A DNA stretch of 60,608 bases, filler included, from Sluysia triapertura (lineage: Eukaryota): assembly GCA_046118255.1 (NCBI GenBank). It is 5 parts of 5 records of this genome, joined end to end, with 100 filler letters (N's around TTAATTAATTAA, not from the genome) between each part and the next. Parts side by side here need not be neighbours in the genome. Positions count along the whole stretch, not along the records: positions 48,982 to 60,608 come from JBJNIA010182690.1; 4 more parts are not named here. One strand, 5' to 3'. The position numbers and the translations under genes are program-made. The first letter of the stretch is position 1. The number at the start of each line of letters is the position of its first letter. Below the pieces are notes generated by a model. That model searched no databases, was not told the DNA's origin, and worked only from the letters and a program-made list of their open reading frames with translations. Below are positions 51,203 to 60,608 of this stretch, piece by piece.

Positions 51203-53966
51203 GTACGTTTATTATTTTAGGAACATAAATAAAATACTTTGTGTCATGCTTAGTTGAATAAGAGGATTTAACCAATCATAGAATAATAAAAATATTTGAA
51301 TAATTTGTAAACTTACATAATTTTATTTTTGTATATGAATTGTTAAGTATTAAAAGGAAGTTTTTTGTTTTAATAAACAATTTTTAGATATCGAAATAAT
51401 AATTTGGACTAATAAAAGTAACACTTACCTCACTAACATGCTTTATTGATTTATTTTAATTCTGCATACAGTTTATGTGTCTGATATATACTTGGAACAA
51501 GAGTAAATACGTGAGCATACAAACTTTATCCGGTTGTGGAATTTGTTTATGAAAATCTCTCATTAATTCTCAAAGTTTTCATGAATTCAAAGTTAAAATT
51601 ATTGAAGTGTGTTGAAAAAATTACTAAACGACAAATAATTTAAATGTTTGATATATTGGCGCATGACAAATACTATAATTTTATAGTTTCATCGATAAGT
51701 TATGAGTAGATAATCGAACGTTTCATTTATGTTAATTAAGTGGTTTGTGATATACTTTGAGAGCAGCTTATTTAAATATTAATAGTGCAGATACGGTCGC
51801 AACAATATGTTACAACATCGAATTATTATTTGTCATTATAGATTGTTAAACTATCAGACACAAAATAACGTAGAGTGTGAATAATATTTTCCCATATTAC
51901 TAAATTTGCATGTAATTAAATGTAATTGGTTCACACAATATTTTTACATCATTAAAAATATTGTATTTTGTGCAAAAAAAGCAACTTGATTTATGACAAA
52001 TGATTTGTAAAATTAATTTATATAATTTTATTTAAAAATCATCTTTTACTATCGTTTTAATGAATTTCATTAAATAATTTTTGGATTTATAAATTTATAA
52101 CTGATTTATTTATTATTTTATTATAAGTGTTATAATTATATTTAATTTATTGTATAACTTTGTTGGGATTGTAATGACAATCTTTTAGCTTTAAAAGTGT
52201 TGGGTAACTTTTATTTCACATAAATTCTTTAAATAATATCGATTTATGAGCAGTTTTTTATCGTGAAGTTTAATAATTAATTTGTTTTTGATAATAGAAA
52301 TCTAAGTGCAAATTTTACTAGTTAATTTAGATTGAAATTCCTAAGTTTCTGTGCTCGGAAATGTAGTAAACTGATAATACAAATATAAATAAATACACTG
52401 GAAGCAAAATGGAGGCACCTATAATAGCTTAGATTTTTCTTATATATTTTATTTTTGATTTTTTAAATGAATTTAGTTATAGTACTTAATACAAATAAAC
52501 AAAATGTTTTTTGATAAAATTAATGTTTAATTCACAATTATCTAATGTACAGAAATAGCAATTCAGTTTACAATTATCCAACTACATAAAAATAGTAATA
52601 CAATTCACAAATAATTATATATGTCGAAATAGATGTATTGAATAATTTTGTTTTTTGATGTAGAGGAAACACTGCTTTATAGTGTTTATTTATGTTATAC
52701 TATGACATTCTATATTAACTTTTCTACAATTAATTCCTTCTTACATTTAAATTCTATTGTGTGAGTAATATCTTTCTATTGTAATTAAATTAATATAATC
52801 AATAGTAATATAATAATAATATTTTCAATCAATTATGGGCATACTTTGTTATTTCGAATAAAAATCATAGCTATTTGGAAGGTACATTATAATGTAATCG
52901 TCGAACCCTATTAGGATTACAAGAAATAAATCTGTATTTATTATTGCTTTTAAATAGCGAATACTTATAATTATAATATTTATAAATAATTATAATATTT
53001 ATCTTTACGAAGAATCTATTAAAAATTATTGAAAAAACACAAAATATATAAGCGTATGTATCACCGACTTTTAGTCAATTTATCATTTTGATTCTGATTA
53101 TTCAAGTTTTTAATAGAAACCAATATGAGTATATTAATAACAATTTTGATTTTAAATGAACATAAATACATCAATTTCTAAAATATAAAATACATAATTT
53201 TGATAATCATTAAACAATATAAATGATGTATTGTAAATGATTACATTGTTGTGATATAATATTACAAATTTAATCTATGTATTAATTAATTTTCTTTTGT
53301 AATATTGGTTTGATCATATTATAATTCATTTGTACATCTATATACATTTATTTAGTGGTTGTGTTCGTTTGCATCAATCTGAGTTTGTTAGTATTCATTT
53401 CTCTTTTTCATAAAATCATGTGATTTTTCGTCATTCATAACTTTTTACACTTGATAATTAAGTTTGATGAGTTATTACATTGTGTTTCGTTAACGTTTGT
53501 TTAATTCTTGATTTCAAATCATTGAATCATGTTTATTTTAAAGCTACTTGGATATCTTTTTAAAATTAGTAATATATTTTATTTTATTTTATAATTTATA
53601 TGAAATAATTTTTCACAAATTCAGACACAAGTAAAAACATAAAAAATAATATTTGGAATATTAAAGCAACGAACACATTATTTTTCACAATTACAATGAT
53701 CAAAATCAAATTTATTATTTAAAAAGTGTGTTTAGAAATAACTCATGAATTACTAATCACAAAGAGAATTTACTGCGACAATTTATATTCTACAATAATT
53801 TTAAATTGCCTAAAACTTGAAATGATTAGAACTATTAATTAATTATTGACAGAAGAATTTTATAAGACATTTACAACTAGATTCTATTTTTACAATATTT
53901 GTGAAAATTAATCCATTCAAAAGTAGTTTTATATTTATTAATTTATATTTATATTTAAATGTCATT

Positions 53967-54097
53967 NNNNNNNNNNNNNNNNNNNNNNNNNNNNNNNNNN
54001 NNNNNNNNNNNNNNNNNNNNNNNNNNNNNNNNNNNNNNNNNNNNNNNNNNNNNNNNNNNNNNNNNNNNNNNNNNNNNNNNNNNNNNNNNNNNNNNNN
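53967..54097. other. Assembly gap (plain N run)
   Basis: Read directly from the sequence. Confidence 0.97.
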
Positions 54098-56169
54098 ACT
54101 TCACGTAAAATGCATGTTTAACAAATTTAAAATCAATAAAGTTTAAAAATTTACATACGCATTAATCAAAATGCTAAAATATTCTACGGTTTGAGAAAAA
54201 ACGTCAATGGAAATTTATATTCACTTTGTATTGTTAATTTATAAAGCAAATAAGTACTTGAAAATATTTATAATAGTCTATTTTTACCATTATTATTCAA
54301 TTTTACAAAATTTAATTGCAAAATTTAATTGTTAATTTGAGTCATAGGTCAGTTACCTTTTTATTGTGTAAAATAAAAATACTTTTTACATTCATTGTTT
54401 GATATCAAAATAAAGATTATTGTTCATGAATTTTGAACATTAAAATACCCATTTCAGTTTAGAATGGATGAAATATTGGAAAAATAACAAGCAGAGGAAT
54501 TTTAAGAAATATAAGCTCTGGGAATATAAGTAATGAGTCCTTTAAGAACACAATTTAACACCGAAATAATCAATAGAATAATTTAATATGCATGTTTTTT
54601 AGAATCTCTATATTTTTATCCCAAAATGGTGCATTAAAGCATTTCTCTTACTTCTAGTCAATTCCATGCTTCATGAAATTCCATGCTTTCATCATATTCC
54701 TCAAGAATTTGAAACATTTTGAAAAGTTGTTGATCTCCCTCTATGGTCTTAAAGTTCCTAGAATCAAAATTACTTTTTTTCTATTGGTCTTCGATAAAAG
54801 GCAAAAAAATTGAAATAATTATTGAAATATCTTGAATTTTGTACCCTGGGATTAGTTTTTACAAAGCACAAAATAAAGTTTCCAGTGATTTACATATTAT
54901 CAAGTTCGTTTATAGATTTTCTGGTGTATATTTCAAAATGATGGATTATTTTGAAAATTCACACTCTGTAAACCTTACATATTTCTATTTCTAACGTTTA
55001 TTGAAAGATATTTCATAATTGGAGTCTTCTTAAAGGCTTCAAATTGATATTGGGAATTTAAGTAATATCCAAGTTAGATCAATATCCATAAGACTGTTCA
55101 TCTAAGTCGGTGTGATAATTTATTGTTCAATCATTTTTTAAATTTTTTGAATATCACATATACTTGTTTGATCAATTATAAAGGAAATCGTGTTGTTATC
55201 AAAAAATTATTTTAAAGAACCAAGAATTGTGGACAGATTAAAATGATGGTCTCAACAGTAAGCGTACCTCTCTAATTTTGGTTGAAAAATTAAGTAGATG
55301 ACAATTTCTTTCCTTTCGGTATAATGTTCCAAGTTCCTTCATCACAAATTATTCTGAGTAATTTGTAATTGGCTTGGGTAATAATTGATTAATACTTTAA
55401 ATCCTCGGCATATTTAGAAATTCCATAATTTGAATTTTTATAAACTAATGTAATTGTAAAAAATTAAAATGGAGTTAAATGATTCTTTATAAATTTTTAA
55501 TGTTTGAATGCTGTTAATAATTTTATGTATGCTTGTAATGAACTTGTAGCTTCTGCTAATAATCTAAATTTCTTTATAAGTTCTTATTCTTTGATAATAT
55601 TCTAAACTTTTCTAATAAAATTCTCACTTTATATTACTACTTGGATTTTACTGGAAGTGTAATCTTTTACTAATTTAATAATTGTTATTGTGTTTTATAT
55701 AATTGGGATATGTTTCAATAACTCTTAATTTCTGATAGTAGTTTAAACTTCTTTAAAAATATTCTCACTTTATATTGTTACTTAAACCTATCTGGAAATA
55801 CAATCTTTTATCAATGTAATTTATTCTGCTAGTATTATTTATACTTTCTACTATGTGGCAAAAATAACAGAAAGTATAAATAATACTATCAGAATAAAAG
55901 TACATCGATAAAAAATTGTATACCTGGAAATGTGAATACGAATAATCGTTTCGATGGTTTGAAATGGATGTGCTTAATCGCAATTTCAATTCTCTGGATT
56001 TATTTATTTAAACTCTTTTAATAACTTTTAAGACAATGATTTTACCTAGTCGTATGTTATTTTATTAATTTTATATAATTCTTTACTTTAAATTTTATGA
56101 TTATCTCCGTCATTCTATCACCAAACCCTTTCTATTTTATATTCGATAAATAAAAACGAAATTATAACA

Positions 56170-57330
56170 TTATAACAAGAGCTGATAATAATATCAGTTT
56201 ATTGTACATAGGTATTAATAATTTATATGACTGGGTTTTATCACAACCGTGATCGCATAATGGCTTCGAATGGATTTAAATGGACATAAATAAATTAAAT
56301 TAGTTAATTATAAATTTACATATACAGATACTGTAAATAGTAAAATAGGTTATAGATTCGAAGCTGACTTGATTATTCCATCTCATATACACGATAAGTT
56401 AGATGACTTACCTTTAGTTCCTGAATCTAAATGGGCACCAAATTCTAAAATTATTAACTCATGCATCTAAATTTAATTCTTTATTTCATTGGAGTCTCCT
56501 ATAAATGTATATAATATTAGGAGCAACTTTTTGTAAAATTCGTAGAGCAGTTAAATTTAATCAAACTTGTATATTTAAAAAATACATTGATTATAATTCA
56601 AATAATACAAAACTACAAAATTTTCTAACGATTTTTAGAAGTTTAAAAGCATTTCTCTTTATGATAAGGCTGAGGAGAATTGAAAACGACATACTAATGT
56701 AAGATTTTGTCGTAAGTACGTAAACAAGTAAAGCCAATTCTAAAAATTCAGTAAAAATTACTGACGATTTGAATGAATTTTAACTAGGAAAATAGTGTGC
56801 TTGGCTAGACCAAGTTAGTAAGATAACGTATTTTAAATTTAAATAATTTAAGAATGTATCAATTACAATATGAGGAATTAGAAAAGTATCGTCAGCAATT
56901 TAATTTTAAAATTGGAATTATCGTTGGTGATAATGATAGCTTCTTTTTTAAATGCACTAATGTTAATCTAGATACTTTATTAAATGAAATGATTAAAGAT
57001 GAATTATGGATAGGTCAAATCATGATATAAACTATCTAATATATAGTCCTAAATTTCAAAATATATAGTAGGTAAATTTAAAGAAGTCAAAGTAAGATAA
57101 AATATTTTAAATGGATATTTTTGAGGCCCAAATGCTGCTTCTTAATATCTAGTACTAGTGAATACAATAAAGTTAAAGGAGTTACTCTGAAATGTACCAA
57201 CATAAGTAATAAAGAATAAAGTAATAAAAACCATTAATTATATACAATCAAATCAAAGAAAAATTGCACTCTCCAACGATGAAAAAAGTACTGGCTGGAG
57301 AATAATCAAAGTCTAGCCTATGGACACTAT
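56170..57330 (+). pseudogene. Polinton/Maverick protein-primed DNA polymerase B pseudogene, copy 2 (C-terminal half)
   Basis: Colinear pPolB motifs: SLLYIGINNLYDWVLSQP*SHNGFEW, GYRFEADLIIPSHIHDKLDDLPLVPE, KIRRAVKFNQTCIFKKYIDYN, GDNDSFF (YxDTDS-like), VGKFKE, FLRPKC, KVKGV, KYWLENNQSLAYGHY. Confidence 0.9.
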
Positions 57331-59008
57331 TTTCTTAATAACAATGATAATTTTGATGACGATGATTTGTTTTCTTGCCGTCTAAGTTTTCAATTTTAGT
57401 AAATTTGTATATTAATACTATACATACTTACTTATATTATAGCTTTTACATGCGTTTAAGATTTGTGATTATATATTATGCATATGAAGACAATAGTCTA
57501 TTATTCTTATAATGTAATCACTCTTAAATATATAGGATTGCGATGTTGATCATTGGAGGCTTAGCGCGCACATTTCAACATACTGTGAATGATTGAATGT
57601 GCGTTAGTTGTTTTTGCGCAAAATGTTTAAAAAATTAAAGTTTTGAATCAACACAAACTCTGTGTTTAGAAATAAGTCCTGAATTAAAATTTCGTCATTC
57701 CATTACCTGAAGTCTAACAACACGTAATTATTATTGATACTAAAATTACAAGACATTGTTAAACATTATTCTTAACCATATTATTTTGTATCCATTCATT
57801 AACAAAAGAAAATTTTTTACAATTTTAAGTCATAAAACTTAAACACTTGAATTTAAAACAATAAAATCACTAAATCATTTTAAACATTTCACTAGTAAGC
57901 AACAATCATAAAAAGTCAATATTACTATCGCAATACTATACAAACTTCAGACTAGTATTATCGGTAAGAAAAGTTCATTAAAAGCAACAATTGCTTGAGT
58001 CAACTGCAAAGTTTACAAATAAGCTTATTTACATCTGCAAGAAAATATCACTCAGATACTAAAACTTAAATTAAAATGAGTTTAAACAAATGACTTGTAC
58101 ATTTGTTGAATGTTGTGGAAAAAAGCACGTTTCGATTGTAAAATAATATGAACACGAATATCAATAAATTCACATAAGTTATTGTATGAATTGAAATTAT
58201 TAATCTACTGTTAATATAATAAATCGTATAAATTATTATAATATAATTTTGTATATATTATTTAAACATGTTATCTACAAATTACTTTGAATACTTTTAA
58301 TTTTCTATATACCTAAATCTTATATATCATAACGACAAAGGCAGATAAATTTTCATTAAGCAGTAGCGTAAAATAAATATGCCTCTGTTCAGAAGTTATG
58401 ATTTAATGAGTAATACGATTTAATATGCATACACAGATTATTAATAAATGTATTCAAATAGAAAAATAGAATCCGAAAAGTTGTAGTGCATTGTGCTGCG
58501 GTTACTCTTACTCAAAATAATGGTTTACATTTAGATGTTTAGATAACGCCAAGTAATTTGACTAAAAAGTTGTTTTCCTCTTTTATGTTCAGGATCTATT
58601 TCAACACATGGGATTTCTTCCCAAGTTCCAAGCATTCATTGTTTACTAATCAAAACGTTCAAATATGATACTACTCCGAGGATATATGAAAGCATTCTAT
58701 TTCAAAAAAATCTACTTTTAAAATGTTACGTTTAAACGTAAATTAAGCAACTAAAGAGTAAATGGTTTATTATTTTATTTTTATTGTTTTATAAATGTGA
58801 TGTTAATTTAAGCTTTTATTCAAACTTTTCCACAATACTATCTTATTATATTATTTATGTTATATTTATTAACCAAAACTAAATTACAAAATTCATTTTG
58901 CGGCACATTTTGATTTTTTAATTTTTTACCGGATGAATAGATCCACAAGTGTTATTTAATTATCTAATTAAAGTTCAAAATAAAACATAATTTAGTAATA
59001 ACTAAATC

Positions 59009-59188
59009 TTATACGTTATAAAATAAAGTAAACAAACTATCATCTGGGTTAGTTTTACAAAGTGATAAAGATGCTGTAATCTTTTGCATTGTTTTTTGGC
59101 TTTCCTGATGCATTGTTAACCATTCGTTAAAAATGGACTGAAAATTTTCCAAGTTTTCATCTGTCGATGATAACTGAGGGCATTTTAT
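59009..59188 (-). CDS. bHLH transcription factor, exon 2 (IKCPQLSSTDENLENFQSIFNEWLTMHQ...FYNV*)
   Basis: Acceptor aatag|ATA at 59189/59188, in frame after a 32-nt intron, open to TAA at 59009-59011. A further downstream splice cannot be excluded. Confidence 0.7.
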   Translation of the reverse strand: MKCPQLSSTDENLENFQSIFNEWLTMHQESQKTMQKITASLSLCKTNPDDSLFTLFYNV

Positions 59189-59220
59189 CTATTAAAATAA
59201 TTCAATATAAAGCAAAATAC

Positions 59221-59748
59221 TTGGCTTAATTTAAGTAATAATTTAATAACTTTTGCTGCATAATCAGCTTCTCTTAACAAATGCTGATTAAATGCATCAA
59301 CTACTTTCAAGCTAGATACATACTCCACAGAGTTCTTAAGAATCAAACCTTTGTTCATTTTAAGATCATTGTTCATAAAATACTCTTGTGGTAACAATTG
59401 AGAAAGTTTCTCAATTTGAGCATTAATAAAATCGCGTCTTTTTCTTTCTACTCTATTATGAGTTTCCTTTTTGCTTTTCGATTTTTCCCAAGTTATACAC
59501 GTCTCATTCGGTAATGAATTAGAATATGAACATCCCTCATCAAAAGATGTATCCTTTAAAGGTAAAGAAACATGTGCATCATCATTAAGGTAATCAACAT
59601 TCATAGATTCAGTAACATTATGACTATGAGAACGACGTCTTTTCAATGGTGTTCCATTCATAGCTTCCATTTTAACGAAATGTATTTTTTTTTCATGTTC
59701 TGAAGTATTTATTTTGATTAAAACATCTTTTATATTATTATTTGACAT
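59221..59748 (-). CDS. Group-B bHLH(-zip) transcription factor, MiT/TFE- or USF-like, exon 1
   Basis: KKETHNRVERKRRDFINAQIEKLSQLLP...DLKMNKGLILKNSVEYVSSL has the H-E-R basic-region signature of CACGTG binders and a MiT-like NKGxILKxSVxY helix 2. Donor CAA|gtattt at 59221/59220. Confidence 0.9.
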
Positions 59749-60538
59749 TATAACAATCCATGAATGTATAAGTCATTTTATATATCCAAATAACATAAAA
59801 CTATTGATATATAAATCAGAGAAAAATTTCTTCATATACTAAAAACCTTAAAATCCAAGCCAATTACATTTATAATATTGAATTATTTTGGACAAAATAT
59901 ATAGTTCAATATACACAATCATTATATTAATAATAAAAAGAAACTAAATTTTTTAAATGTTTTGTTAATAAGTTTTAAGCTTTTCTTTTATCTATATTTA
60001 ATATATATTATAAAATAATGTCTAATTTTTCGATCAAATAATCATTTTAAATCGAATGAACTTTTAAATATTTAATTTTTGAAATAATTTTATTTAATTT
60101 TTGAGTTATAAATTAATTCTTAGGTTTTATAATTTTTTACTTATTAAGTAAATTACATTTCTTGAATAGCTGTTGTTTTAATAAATATTTTATTAAAAGT
60201 ACATAATACTCTTATTCCTAAAATTATAATTATAACCATTTTTGAGTATCCAAAAAGAATTATGTAACGCCACGTAACATGAAAAATGAATAATATGTCG
60301 TTGGACATAGAATATTAATATTCTAAAATAGTAATTAAATGAATGTAAATACTTATTTACAAAACGTATTTTACTAAAGTTATACAAGTAATGTTTCAGA
60401 TTGTATTTGCTGAAGTATAATTCAATATTTAAAAGTATTTGTGATAGAACTCTAAAATTTTCAGGTTACATGGCATGACTAACATCTTAATCATTTTTAT
60501 ATATAAGTACATCATTGTAATAAAGTGGTCAACTTTAA

Positions 60539-60608
60539 CCCATTCGCTGCCAAGCCCAAATTATATGAAATCATCCCCATTGCCATTTATATTTATAATT
60601 TGCTTATT
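60539..60608. mobile_element. piggyBac-like terminus at window edge
   Basis: TTAA (60535-60538) followed by CCCATTCGCTGCC. Confidence 0.4.

Noticed and set aside
1-60608. CRISPR array, rRNA, or prokaryotic operon/defence system
   Set aside because: No regularly spaced repeat-spacer array, no rRNA-like sequence and no prokaryotic gene organisation; the window is intron-containing animal DNA.

Overview
Very AT-rich, gene-sparse, transposon-littered animal genomic scaffold. It is metazoan because it carries an integrin alpha exon and spliceosomal GT-AG introns; the species cannot be determined from the sequence. There are five assembly gaps, four of them 100 nt with an artificial TTAATTAATTAA linker. 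Host genes: (i) a minus-strand group-B bHLH (MiT/TFE-USF-like) gene with a 32-nt intron (59009-59748); (ii) the first coding exon of an integrin alpha (50836-51202, +); (iii) a phase-compatible minus-strand exon chain 48881>48496, 42690>42502, 38541>38031 and probably 37923>37896, encoding a Ser/Pro/His-rich, probably cytoplasmic region; (iv) a minus-strand exon pair 8380>8138 and 1469>1212; (v) a plus-strand low-complexity exon pair (33713-34327). Much of the remainder is decayed mobile DNA: hAT (Buster-type and Tip100-type, plus a MITE), Tc1/mariner, Tigger/pogo, piggyBac, LINE scraps, two Polinton/Maverick protein-primed PolB pseudogenes, and a truncated Ty3/gypsy element. Two observations stand out. 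First, in the gypsy element the integrase C-terminus runs in frame into an aspartic protease domain, then a Pro-rich linker and a two-glycoprotein env-like region. Second, a dispersed, sequence-divergent stem-loop (AATCC-[12-bp stem, bulged A]-GG-CGRRCCC) shows compensatory base changes in at least four copies. All calls were made by eye from motifs and base-pairing; no database search was run, and boundaries of decayed elements are approximate.
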